A program made the translations under genes and the position numbers. A stretch of 64,000 nucleotides of DNA from Lepidodermella squamata (taxonomy: Eukaryota; Animalia; Gastrotricha): contig JBLDXI010000004.1 of assembly GCA_047495785.1 (NCBI GenBank), forward strand, positions 1,178,001 through 1,242,000, given 5' to 3'. Of this stretch, positions 12,477 to 25,592 are shown piece by piece. The notes beneath the pieces were generated by a model. That model worked only from the letters and a program-made list of their open reading frames with translations. It did no database searches and was not told the origin of the DNA. Each line of letters opens with the position of its first letter. The stretch's first letter is position 1.

Positions 12477-15400
12477 ATGTTAAGTATCAAATATGTTGTC
12501 CTGCTGCTGGCAATCGCTGTGATTGGCCCAGTCAGCTGTGTTCGAAAGAAGGCTCTCAACTGGGTTCGGTGCTTCTCGCAGTTGAATGAACAATTCACCG
12601 ACTGCATCGAAGCTGCCAAAGCCTGTAATCCACTGCAAGATTTTCAGGTGATTTTTTATCTCAATATTCAAATTCATTCTTATGTTAGGTCAATTTTTCA
12701 GTTAGGGCCAATTTTCTTACGAGCTGGCAGCTGCTATCGCGGAGTGAGAAAATTTCCCAATTCACTTTTACCTTAGTTTGAAGACATTGAACAAAAATCA
12801 ATTTGTTTGAATTCTAGAACAGTCGAATGTGTTACAAATACGAAGCGCTTACCCCGTCGTGCGTACCAGGAAACATCGGCTGTAACGCGCTGGATGAAAT
12901 GAATGTGAGTTATAGATTTTGGTGATGAGCAATTTTCAATTTCTGTCGCTTCGTACGAAACAAAAGAATTTGGGCAGTTTCATTCTTGGTTTAACGTTTC
13001 AGCTCTTTTGGTTCGCAAATCAATCGACGACGTTGACTTTCAAATCCAACTTCAATGAATGCGTGGCAAAGAAAACCGCTTTCAGCGTAATTTTTTCAGC
13101 CACAATTCCTCGTACTTAGGAATTCCACTCAACCCTTTATTTTAGAATCTACCTTTCCGGCGCTGCACTTCAAACAACGTCACAAAAACGTGTGTTCCTG
13201 TTCCATTCAATTGCCCAAACAACTGGGTATGGTTCTCTTCGAATATTTTAACCCTTTTAATGCTGTTTTTCAACAGATGACACAACCAATGATATATCCG
13301 AGCATGGCTTTGTGCACTAACGGTGAAAGTAAGCATCGATTACATCGAAGCTCTTCGTTCTTGGGATTGAATTATCAAAGGATTTCAAGTTATTTGCTAG
13401 TTTACATATCTGAATCGTTGAAAATTGCCAAGAAATAGGCTGTAGTTCGCCATCTTTGATAACAGCTTCATTCTCCCAATTTTAATCTTATTCTACTAAA
13501 TTTGCAACGAATTTTGGAAATAAATGGGACAAGGTGCAAAGAGGTTTGAAAGTTGAAATGTATGGAATTCAGCATCAATTTTCGTAATTTCCCTTTATGG
13601 CTTTTAACTAATTTCGCACCATCAGATAATTTCGTTTCAGTATCGCACTAGTAGCATTCCCGGGAAATTTCTGAGAATGTCAGCCAAAATCAGCTGAATA
13701 ATGAAAATATTTTCATTTCTTGCTTCTAGTTACTGTCCCGATCACCGAGACTCCGCACATCCGCTGCTTCGATGCTACGACTGACCAATTCAACGATTGC
13801 CGGCCCCAGAGCAGCGGCTGTTTCAGCAACAACGAGACCCAGAAATACTCGACAAGCGTTTACAACAACCGAGACAACTGTCTCCTTGGGGTGAGACACT
13901 TTTGTTGTTTCTATTTCTTAATGAAAATAGTATTGAACCACTGACAGAAAGCTATTCGGTGCTTGGATTCTGCTGGAAACAAGTCTTGCTACGCGATTTG
14001 CCCGCGATACTTCACTCAGGTTATTTTTCGAGATAACTCTGCATTTTTCCTCATTAAAAATTTGTAACTAAATAGGACACGCTATATTCGAGCAGTCACA
14101 GCTTCCAAGTCAATCATGACGCTTGTCGAGCTGCCTTAGCACCGCCTGTGAGTTCAATAACAAATTTTTTGATTAATTTGATTATGATTAATTTTTGAAC
14201 ATTTAAAGGAGCAATTTTTTCGGCAAAAATCAATAGTTAACCAGATATTTTATGATTATTAACCAAGGGAAGCTTACGAATTCTGCGCTTTCCATAGGCC
14301 TCAAAGCTCACTGAATAAACACGATTGTAACAAATAGTCTTTAGTTACTTGGTAGTTATACAGGAACAATAAATTGAAAAATTTAAGAGATTTGTTGCTA
14401 TATTTCTTCTGTATTTCTTCAGGTTTTGACTAGCTTCGTTCGTTGCGTTAACAAAATCGACAGTTCGGTTCGATGCGTGCAGACAGATTGCGATGCAGCC
14501 ACCGAAGATCGCATCCCGAATTATCGTCGTTTTGATGACCAGGAAAAATGTGTCAGAGCTGTGAAGAGATTCGTAATCCAGGCCACAAATGCAAATCGCG
14601 ATCAAAGCCAAGCTGCTTGCCAATCGATTGGAGGCACGCTTGCAGTGCTAAAGTACGGCTCGCCGCTGACGTACGATAATAGTGAAGAGGTGGATCTATC
14701 CATTGAAGCACTGAAAACGGGCGAGAATGTAAGAAATTGAAAACCGTAATTTTATGACGATACGAGATCGATAATTCAACAGAGCGGACTGCCGGCTCCA
14801 ATATCTGCTTGGTTGGGTCTCAGTCGAGAGAATGGCGTCATGGCGTGGATGGATGGTTCAAACTTCACCTACGACCAGCAGCTGTGGGAGACGCAACCGC
14901 AAGATGGCTGTGTTGCCTTTGTAAAGGCTCAACTTGAGGAAGCCGAGAAAGAGTTCGTCTACAATTCATACGCTTGCGACACCATTATGCCTTACGCGTT
15001 ATGCGAGAGATACGCCATCGGCCCACCTGTGAGTTTTCACGAGCAATTCAGCATCTTAACATGAAGCAAATTAGAGATAACTACAAAATTGCATTTGTTT
15101 TTGGACTAAATAATTGGAATGGTTTTTATGACAGCGTAACAAGACGTTCCACGGAGTAATGAGCTGGAGTCCAGGCGCGACAACGATCGACAGCGCGAGA
15201 TCCGTTTGCGTTGTAATAAAGAAGCTGACGCGACTGGCCATAATAGCTACAGCTTCTGAAGCTCAAGCTGTTTACGACGAGATGATAGGAAATGAGGTAC
15301 ATATGAGGGGTTTAAATACAAATTTTGAATAACAAGTGTTTCTTTTTTCGAAGTATGGACCGATGACAGAGAGCTACATTGATCTATCGGAGACGAACGG

Positions 15401-15617
15401 CCAGTGGGTGTGGGGTGATGGCTCGGCCTATGTTAACGTACCGCCCTGGGCGTCGGGTTCGCCTGACCCACAGCAGTTGAATTGCCGCATCGCTATCGCA
15501 ACCATCGAATCTGGCGCCTTGGTGCTGAAAGACAGACCGTGTGATCAATTTTATGATGTCAAACTCATGTGTCAGAGTTACGAATATTGGGCACCCGTTG
15601 AGTATGAATGGATTTAG
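12477..15617 (+). CDS. Paralog 4: recent duplicate of paralog 3, two CTLDs (13 exons)
   Basis: MLSIKYVVLLL..WVRCFSQLNEQF start; high identity to paralog 3; extra 54-nt intron 14729-14782 in the first CTLD; AATAAA at 15711. Confidence 0.85.
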
Positions 15618-15906
15618 AAAATAGCGCCATATTAGGTACACGTGAAATGTTGAGAAAAGAGAAAGAGTTGTACTGTAAATTGTGAAATTTCGAGTCCTGC
15701 CAGCTTTGAAAATAAAATTGGAGGAGCCGATATCCCTCCCTTGAGTCAATTCAGGTTAACGAACTGGTCAATTCAGGATTACAACCGAAATTAGCCATTT
15801 AAACCATTTAAAAATTAGCAACCCCATTTAAAAATTGCGCTCGCAACCCTTGTTAAAACAACGGGTCTGGCGCCGGACTTCGTACCTTTATCGAGGGAGC
15901 ACTGTA

Positions 15907-17910
15907 CAGTTTGTACAGTTGAAAATAGTAAAGGATGCGCTTTTCCCCAAATCGATGCGATTTCTGATAATGATCACATGGCCAATCAACTTAATGAACT
16001 CCGAGAAATTTTCGAATTTCTCAACGAAGCTGGTGCGCATAAGATTTAGGTATTATAAACTGTTTTTAAACAATATCTTAATGTTGACTGTAACCTAGAG
16101 AAATATCTTTTATCCTCAGTGAGGCGCCTGTCTGGCTAATTGCATACGCATGACAAGTGCACTTGCGATAACGAATAAATAAATAAATGATCTGGAAAAA
16201 AATAAAATTTAACGTGATATGTTCAATCTGAGTACCGTCAGTTGGGGCTATCCGGACGGCGAAAAAAAAATTACCCCCTGATTATTTTGCATTTTTACAC
16301 GTTTCAGAAGGTCCTGATTCCAATGGCACCAGGATTCCGAATAGCCCCACGGATGGGGCTATTCGGAGAGGTGTGGGGCTATTAATGATACATAAATATT
16401 CAATTCAAATTTTACTGATATGTTGTGCTCAGTGGTCGAGTGGCTTTGGATGTGCTTCTAGAAAGCACAGCAAAGTACAAAACGAGGGTTCAAGTCCAGG
16501 CCACGAAACATTTTTTTTTCAAACAGAAGTTATAATTTTTTGCAATTATTCGAATGCATTGCATATCGATGATTTTTAGCTTAATTTTAGTTTTTCAGTT
16601 TTTTTAATTAGCAGTAGTATCAGCGAATTTTGAATTCATGCCACAAGCACTAGCCTTTCATTCGGTTAACCTAATGAAAAGTTTTACAAACCTCTTAAAT
16701 TCGAAGTATGCCTCAATTGCTGAGAAATTTATCAACTACAAAGCTCATTAGAATATTCCAATTCTGCCGCATTTCTCTGTTCCGATTGCCCCACAACCTC
16801 ATTTTTTCGTGGGGCTAAAAGGACGCAATTAATTAGACAAAAGTATGCGTCGGATCGGGGCGGTGCCCTATCATCTGTAGGTTCAGAAAAAATTGATCGC
16901 AGTTCCAGCAAAATTATCATCTGGTCCAGGTAATTCAACTCAGAACAGTGCTTAAACTGAGTTACCCCCTTACACCTGAAAGGCAAGCCCATATCTTCAC
17001 AACCACTTACTCTCAGGTCATGAAATTTTTATGGCATGTGGGTCGTCTTTCCACCTAACTCCGTGCGAAATTTCATTGCTAACGGCCGGGTAGTTTTGGA
17101 GCCATGCTCATTCTCCCGTTTGCATGAACATTAGTCCGAATAGCCCCAATTACCCAGATTGCCCCAACTGACGGTAATTATTATTGAAATGAATGCCGCA
17201 ATCCCACCGCCACCTGACCTCAATGCTGCTGATTTGGCGCTAATGCGTTCGTGAATATGATTTAATTCACTAAATTCACTGTTGCTTCCATCATTTAGCT
17301 GCTGAGCCCAAGATGGCTTGGAGTAACGGCGAACTCCGAGTTCTTGCGTATTTCATCTACTTCCTCAACAATGAGAAATACACAAAAAACGACGAGTAGC
17401 GATCAGCTTATCAAGATTTCGGGCCACAGTTGTAGCAGCAGGCACGGAAATTTCAGGATAACGCACGTGAAACCTTTCAGCCGCATCAGTTGCGTTTCCG
17501 CCATTCGCTACCATCATCAGCGACATGTAAGCGCGCTGTGGATTGGTGTATCTAATACCCGTCGGGGGGTTATCTATTTGAAGCATTTTTGTGAATAAGC
17601 AGCAACTCTGTTGATTATCTCGCTTAATTTGTTCAATTTGTCCATAAATTGTTGGAACTGCCTGTCATTAGCACTCAGTAACTAACAAAATATTTTTTCT
17701 TCCAAGGAATTAATTCCCTCATTATTAATGTTCAGATCGGAATAAAAAACATAATGTTCATGTTTTAGTGGAGAAATAATTGAGCTTTCAAATTCTCAGC
17801 CAGTTCGCATTAGGACAGCACATGCCAATCACATGATTGATAATGCGATTTGAAAACTGCTGCGATTTCTAGTTTTCGAATCGCAGCTTTACTAGTTTCA
17901 GACCACACTG
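15907..17910 (-). mobile_element. Degraded Tc1/mariner element with transposase N-terminal HTH remnant (17365-17586) and a nested MITE
   Basis: Imperfect TIRs TA|CAGT..TGAAAATAGTAAAG and CTTTACTAGTTTCA..ACTG|TA; ORF YTNPQRAYMSLMMVANGGNATDAAERFHVRYPE..P..TTVARNLDKL resembles the DUF4817-type HTH of Tc1/mariner transposases (recognised by eye). Confidence 0.6.
16235..17174. mobile_element. pogo/Tc1-like MITE (CCGT termini, TA target)
   Basis: TA|CCGTCAGTTGGGGC ... GCCCCAACTGACGG|TA; internal palindromic TCCGAATAGCCCC/GGGGCTATTCGGA repeats. Confidence 0.8.
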
Positions 17911-18283
17911 TACACAGGTTTTACAGGCCTTGAAAATGAACTGAAACTACTCACCATGGCTTCAGCGGTACTGCCTAAAACATGTTTCTAAACAATGGCC
18001 ACAGTTGTGATATTGATATGTCGATACCTCTGCAGGACTCCCGCGGGTCTTGATTCCAGCTCACGTAATATGCTTGCCCTTCCTACCTAATCAAAAGATG
18101 ACGAAAAATGGTCAAAGTTGCCGCATTGAACCATTGAAATCAGAAAAGGTTTATTGTGATTTTATTGTGTGAAACCTAGACAATGTATTTATTCACGTAT
18201 CAGATAAGCCTTATTATTAATTTAAATAAATATAACATTAATTTTCATCGTCTTCCTCACTTCGCAATATTTCGAGATACAAA

Positions 18284-20197
18284 TCACGAAAATTTCTCAC
18301 ACAAGACTTTAAACATTCCTCCGCTGCAAGGAAAAAGTTGAAAATAATACCCGGATGGGTTTTGGCTGTTGGAATAAAGGATTCCAAGACAGCCATCGCT
18401 GATCGGTTTAATCCACTTCGATGCAGCATACGGAGCATCGGAGCCATCGTCCCAATTGAGAGCACCATTATACCGAGTGAGACCGACCCAGATATAATAG
18501 GCCGGGTCCAGCACTTGCGCGGCCGCATCCAGCTCAGCGTCCGACCTAATCGTCGCTATCGCAGCATTCTTTTCAACGCATTTCGACGCGCCTGCGATTC
18601 TGTCGCCACCAACCGCACCCAGGTCCTCCATCGAGTAACTCTTGGCAACAGCCTTGCAACTGTCCTCGTCTTTATAGGCGACATCGGCCGGACTTCTCAC
18701 CTGGGTTGACGCATTGCAGTCTGTTGACTCGGTTACGCAATGAGCCGTCCCGTCACTGACGTCGACGCAGCGGAAGTAAACAGACTTTAAAAAATGCAAA
18801 AGTAAATTTCGACAGTACTGCAACATAGGAACAAATATAATTGATAGCTAACTCACAGGGGGCGATACATCCTTCATACACTTGTCATGATTCAATTGAA
18901 AGGACTGTAAGCCGGAGAAAAGCTTGTCCTGTTATCGAAAAACATTTGAAAGCGCATACTTATCGCATCAACTAAACCGGGTTGACCGGAGCTTTACCTG
19001 TGTTTGGTCTTGGGGACAGGTTGCGTAGCAAGACAGTCGTCCAGATGAATCTTCGCACGAAACGGCATTCTGTCAAACAAGACCAACCTAATTAATTGTC
19101 AAAACAGGAAAAGAATGACTTACTCCTAGCATGCATGCCGCACGGTTGATGTAGACTTTGTTCGAGTATTGTTGAGTCTCATTGCTGGCAAAACAGCCGG
19201 GGCTTTGCGGACGGCAGTCGTGGAATTTGCGAGATGTCGAGTCAAAACAGCGGACGTGAGGCTTTTCGCTAATCGGAACTTTGACTGAAATTCATGAAAA
19301 GTCATTAAAATCGCTAAGGACATTATTAAAGTTCAGAGGTGATTTCGCCGTTTTCCCCAAGTTTTCACACTCATATAGCAGTAATAACGTACCTAATCCG
19401 TTGGTGCAAGACGTGAGATTGGGATACAAAGTTGAATCAGTTGGCTGCTGGGGAAACTAAACAAAGAATCAAAGAATCAAATGAATAACCATTCAAAAAG
19501 CTGAGAAATGGCTCACCCAGTTTTCAGGGCATTGGTATGGGTCGGGCACACAAGTTTTGATGACGGTTTCCGACATACAGCGCCTGAATTTCAAATTCTG
19601 AAATGACATGAATGAAGTTATGTCAAACTTCCATCCAGTATTTGAATTCTCACCTCGAATGCAGCTTTCCTTTTCTCGCATTCGTTGAGGTTGTTTCTCA
19701 AGCTGAACGGCGGCTTTGCAAGGTCAAACCAAAATGTCTGAAGCAATGAGTTTGATGGGCAATATCAATTTTTGATGAAAATTCTTACATTCATATCACC
19801 TGGGTTGTTACAGCCGACGTTTCCAGGTACGCAGAATGGGGTGAGAGCCTCGTATTTGTAGCACATTCTGGCATTCTAGAGACAAATTGAAATAGGAATA
19901 ACAAAAGATGCCATCAAGTTGCTGATGACTTAACAGACCCCGGTGTTGCAGCTGCCAGTTGATCGGAAACTCGTTCCCCACTATTAGAAGAGGAACGCAT
20001 AAACTTTCTAGACCTGAAGAGAAATTTGATTCGTGGAAAACCTGGTAATTTGCGAGTGGATCACAGCCATCGGGTTCGCAGCTAGTGAATCGATTGCTCT
20101 GCTGCGAGAAGCATCGAGCCCAGTCACCCCCGTAAGCCGAGTCACATGATGCCAGCAGAAGGGCCACAAGCACAACATTACCGTGAAAACCAGCCAT
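18284..20197 (-). CDS. Paralog 5: signal peptide + six 4-Cys modules + one CTLD (type A), 10 exons
   Basis: All 10 exons splice in frame (MAGFHGNV..WARCFSQ ... IWVGL..WDDGS..DGC..VLCEKFS*). Confidence 0.85.
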
Positions 20198-20345
20198 TAT
20201 ACTTGGCGAATCTGGGTGGGAAAATAACGAAAATTGCTTTGAAATTGAACGAAAAAAGTTGAAAATGTGCTTAGATTAAATAAATATAACCTTTAGTCCG
20301 TATTCGATTTTTCAATGACATTTGTCGTCGTCCCGCTTTTAAGTT

Positions 20346-20513
20346 GGACAATAATATTGTCCTGTCAGTTAATTATCAGGAAGGCGTCAGTTGAAATAAT
20401 CGCGTGGCTATTTATCCGGTTCGTTTCGACAATAAAACAATCAGGAAAATTGTCTTGTCCTAATTCTCGCGTATTCTTTAAATTTTAAATGACCTTTCAA
20501 TAGTGACCTGATT
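20346..20513. promoter_or_regulatory. Conserved upstream motif block of the family (GGACAAT-N3-ATTGTCC, AAATAATCGCGTG, TGACCTGATT)
   Basis: Same ordered motifs recur upstream of paralog 6 (23471-23631) and, without the last motif, paralog 7 (from 29158), 120-150 bp from the ATG, while spacers diverge. Confidence 0.55.
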
Positions 20514-21149
20514 TGCCCAAAAAAATCGTCGTCAGTGATCTCGATTTGAGTTCAAATCAAGCGAAACACGAAACTCGAATCAAACATTATTTTTACCCGA
20601 GCGCGCGTCATCACTAAGCTCCCTTTTACGCGAGGGAGTCAATTAATCCAGAAAGTTAGTCTACGGCAGTGGTGCGCAAACATGTTCATCTACCGGCGAT
20701 TTTGGCGGCCGCGAGGTTACCAAACCGGCCGCAACACTATTGGCAACTCCAACCGGCCGCACTACCAGATTATTTGTGCATGTCATCGGTCTCTCTGCGT
20801 TGTATCAGCTTGACAAAGTGGGAAACTGGTGATCTCACTCGAGGATAAGCAATCGATTTTCAGCCATAATTTTACATCATTTTACTCAAATCACCTCATA
20901 AAATTAGGGTGACTGGATTCATCGAAGAGATTCTCAAGCTCGGGGCTCGAGAACGGGCCCAGAAAAATATCTCGCTTTTTTAAGTGATCATTGAGGCATG
21001 GATTTATTCATCATTAGAAGGCAAGACTTGACTTCATTTAAATAGGTTTCATTAACGCATCAGATAATATGCCTTTCTTTCACTTCATAACGCTCGTTTA
21101 CATTGCCATTCAACTCATTTCACAACGAGGTTTTCTCGAGATATAACAA

Positions 21150-23351
21150 TCACGAATGATCCTCGCACAAGACCTTATTTGCTTTGTTACTACAATCATA
21201 TTGTAAAAACATGGGTGGGTTTTGGTCGTCGAAATTGCTGATAACAGCACAGCCATCGTTCTTTCCAATCCACTTCGAAGCAGCAAACGGAGCATCGGTG
21301 CCATCGTCCCGCATCTGAGGGCACCTTTTTGCCGCACGAGACCGATCCATGTGTTCGAGGTCGAGTCAAGCACTTGTGAGGCCGCTGTAAGCTCAGCGTC
21401 TGACCTAATCTTCGCAATCGAAGCATTTCGTTCGACGCATTTCGACGTGGCGGTCAATTTGTCGCCTCCGTCATCGCCCAGGTCGTCAACCGAGTATCGC
21501 TTGACAACAGCCTTGCAGCTCTCCTCGTCTTTATAGGCGACATCAGCCGGGATTCGAAATTGCGTGGGCGCCTGGCAGCCTGTCGACTCGGTTACGCAAT
21601 GACCCGACCCGTCACTTATGTCGACGCAGCGGAAGTAAACAGACTGCAAAAAATTAACATTTCCTTTATTTCCCAACTTTTTGTATGAAATTTAACTAAT
21701 TTTTTAAATTAAACCTGCCACCTTTTTGCGAATGCATCAAAGAAATAGAATTTTTCCTGGAGGGAACCCGAAATAACTCGTTAGCGGCGGCTGCCTCGGG
21801 ATTTTTTTCGGTATTTTACCCGGTTAAAACAAATTTATACATACTTTTTCAATCCCAAAAGTGATAATACTTCCGAAGTGTTTAAGTTTTGAAGTTTCCG
21901 AACCTTTTTCTGTGTATATTCTTTGCTTGCATTACTTATGGGAGTGCTGTCTAGCGTGGGTATAAGTATATTTAACAGACACACAGAAGGAAGATTTCTC
22001 AAAGCGAACTCACAGGGGGCGTTATATCCTTGAGGCAACTGTTAAAATTAAGCGAAAACGTCTGCGAGCCGGAGTAAAACTTCACCTGCAATAGAAAGCA
22101 TGAGTTGATAGTTGATACAAAAACTGACCCTTCGTTTAGGTTTACCTCCGATAGACCTTTAGGACAAACAGCGCGGCAAGATAGGCGGTTAGATGAATCC
22201 TTGCACGAATAGGCATTCTGTCAAAAACCACATCAATTGCTAAAATAGAAAGGACAATACAACTTATTACAACTTACTCCGCGCAAACAAGTTGCACGGT
22301 TGATGTAAACCTGGGTCGATGACGGCTGAGTTTCATTGCTGGCGAAACAGCCGGGGCTTTGCGGTCGGCAGTCGTTGAATTTGCCAGTGTTCGAATCGAA
22401 ACAGCGGACGTGAGGCTTTTCGCTAACCGGAACTGTAACTGAAATTCATAAAAAAAAATACCCGGCATTGAATCGCAACCGAATTTCCACTCCGAATAAC
22501 GCACTCATTCCATTGGTACAAGACGCGAGATTTGGATACAAATCTGAATTTACAGGGTTCTGTTGGAACAAATAAAATTATCACAAATAAAACTGAATAA
22601 ACCAACTAGGAGATGGCTCACCCAGTTTTTGGGGCATTTGTACGGGTCAGGGACGCAAGTTTTGATGACGCCATTCGACATGCAGCGCCTAAATTTTAAA
22701 GTCTGAAAATGACAACGGTTAAATCAAACTTTAGTTCAGCTAGTTTCTGAATTATTACCTCGAAGGCAGCTACCTTTTTCTCGCATTCGTTAAAGTTGAA
22801 TTTCAAGCTCAACAACGGCCCAGGATCGTTAAACAGAAACGTCTGAAACATTGATTTTCCATAAAATTACCAGTTTTGAAAGGTATGGGTAGCGATCTTC
22901 ATTCGCTCGCATTGTAATTTTACGAAATTTCTAGCAATTGAATGTGGCTTACCGGCATTTCACCCGGGTTGTTACAGCCGACGTTTCCAGGTACGCAGAA
23001 CGGGGTGAGAGCCTCGTATTTGTAGCACATTCGAGCAAGCTACAGACAAATTTAAAGGAATGACACATGTGACTACACAGACCCCTGCGTTGCAACTGCT
23101 GGAATGTAGGAAAGGCGCGCCCAGCTATAGAGATAGAAAACGCTTGAACTGTCTATATTTCGAGAGAAATTTAATTCTGAGCAAACCTGATAATCTTTGG
23201 ATAGATCACATCCACTGGCAACCGGTTCGCAGCCGGTGAATCGGTTGTTGAACTGAGAAAAGCATCGAACCCAAAGCGGCTGGCGCCACGCCCCGTTGCT
23301 CGATGTCAGCAGAAGTGCTAGAAGCAAAGCGTTCAAGCAATAACTGGCCAT
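21150..23351 (-). pseudogene. Paralog 6: six 4-Cys modules + CTLD-A with one +2 frameshift (recent pseudogene or sequence error)
   Basis: Exons otherwise look intact; extra 2 nt at 21311-21312 in the Trp codon of WDDG; correct frame resumes DDGTDAPFAASKW..VLCEDHS* (21150). Confidence 0.7.
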
Positions 23352-25592
23352 TATAGTAGATCGAAAAAAGCTTTTAATTCAACTAAAATCAAGAATATTA
23401 CGTGTTCCGACTTGAGAAAATAAAACCACTAAAAATCGTCACTTCAGTTCAGTTCAAATTCAGTTCAATTGGACAATTTTATTGTCCACAACAATTAATT
23501 ATCGAAAAGGCGAGCATCAAATAATCGCGTGTTTATTTATCCAAAGCGTTTCGGCAATACAATTATTTGAAACATTGTCTTTTGAAACTATTTTCTCAGT
23601 TCTCTTCAAAACGCTTCCTGATGACCTGATTAGCGCGAAAATCTTCTTGTGAGAATAAGGTCATTTCCATGAATATCCCACTCCACTCGAAATAAAAGGC
23701 TAAAACAGAATTTGGGCATGCATTGCGAATCTGCCATGAGGCTCATTCGATTGAAGAAATTTCGCAGCGCATCGGCATGAAAGTTGGACCGACAAATAAC
23801 TGTGTGATCGGAGGGAAGGAAGTAGGCTTTCCGCCGGAAGGCGGATGCCCTTCAAAATTTGCCTCTTTCTCTGGCAATGCTTTTCTAGTCGATTCACTCC
23901 AGTGCGAGATGTAGGATCCACGAGCTAGGAGGTATTTTTCGGCCCAAATTTTATAACCTGAGGGTGCAACGCCGCGAGCGAAGCGGGCTACAGCTGCCCC
24001 TTTGGCTGAGCTGCCGCTGAAAGTGATTCGAATTAAAAAATCGTGGTTGAATTTTGGATCTTAAAATGTTGGATGAGGGCCACACAAACTCCCGTCAAGG
24101 CTAGAAGATTCCCAACATTTAAAGCAGTGTTGTTACTAGAGATTTTTTGGTACATACCTAGCTCGACGATTGACAGATTTGTCCTTCATTGGTGACAATG
24201 GCATGAAATTTGAACCAATAATCGAAGCGAGGGAATTTTTCGGATTTACCTCCAGATTCTCTTGATATAATGACGATACAACGAGCTTTCCCAGACGTGA
24301 CTATGACATGACATCAACTATGACCTTGGTTGTTACTCGTTACTCTAGGTCCGATTGGTTGTTGTAGCATGATTAACATGCGTTTGAAGTCTGTCCCTTC
24401 TCACGTAAGGATTTACCAACCAAGATCATATAGCATGTAGATTCAATTGGAATCAATTGGAAGAGCGAAGTAGGACGGCCGAACTGGTTGGCATAAGGAA
24501 AATCGGCCTAAGGGCCCCCCTTTGGTCTTCCGTCTTCCACTTAGTTCACCTTGCGGACCGATTGAGGTAGTAGGGATGATCCCTGCCATCCCTAGCGGTA
24601 CCTCGCTCTCTGCTCTACCGATGCGACCATTCACAAAGCGCGGATCGCGAAAAATGCGACTTTATCCATAGGTACTCATTTGTCTTGTTCATGCTTCTTT
24701 ATGCCAGTTAGAGTGACTTCGCCGCGTATGCCTTCACCGTCCAGACACAACTTCGCCGCCACGACATGTTGCCAAATAATACACTCCGGGCCATCAAGGG
24801 AGTCCTACGACTACTACGTCGAAGTAGGCGTGCCTTTCTACTTGTGGCACATTCAACGCCACCGTGAGGTAACGCCGTTCGCTAAGTGCAGCTATGCGAA
24901 AAGTTGCTGCGAATCTTGGATCCCGATCTGGGATGCTTACAGATTACAGCGGGCTTGATTCCGGCCCTATGCCAAGTTGTGTACGGGTAGAACTACCATT
25001 ATTGTTCTCATCAGTTTCAAAGGTTCCCCAGCGCTACTGCGGCAGCTTTGCTGCTGCTGTTGACAATATCGTTAAAGTCAGGATCAGGATCAGGATCAGG
25101 AATTTCTCCTCGCCCTGACGGACTCAAGCTTTCGCCAAGCCCAAGCTTGTGAGAAAATCGCGAGCTTACGCTCTAGGAAAGTTTGAACTGTTTTACTAAA
25201 TACTTAATTGAAATCCCTACCCCTGGTACTCCAGTTATTGCTGACTGTTTCTCCAGGGCCCAGGCATTAGTGCCCGGGTGGCTTTTCCACTCACTCAGCG
25301 AAGCCTACAAACGCCGTCGTAGCAAGAAAGCTACCAAAACTAGGTCCAACGTCGCTGAACAACTTGGATTAAAGCTGGCTTACATCCCTTTCCAGGTGAT
25401 ACGAGAAAGCGGCTTTTTCAACGAGACTGAAGAGGCGAAAATGAAAGAAATTTAACAAAGGAATGACATTATTTTGCAAGTCTGGTTTATTCTAATATTA
25501 TTCTGATGCAGCAGCTCTCAACACTAAACACATCTTCTGCATGTAGTAAACTTTCAACAGCCTATTCAGAGATGACTTATCATTCATTCAAA

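Noticed and set aside
16425-16520. Functional tRNA gene
   Set aside because: A/B boxes present but no acceptor or anticodon stems could be built.
24400-25455. GC-richer stretch; PGTPVIADCFSR resembles a retroelement RNase H end
   Set aside because: One short motif in broken frames; no RT motifs or LTRs identified.
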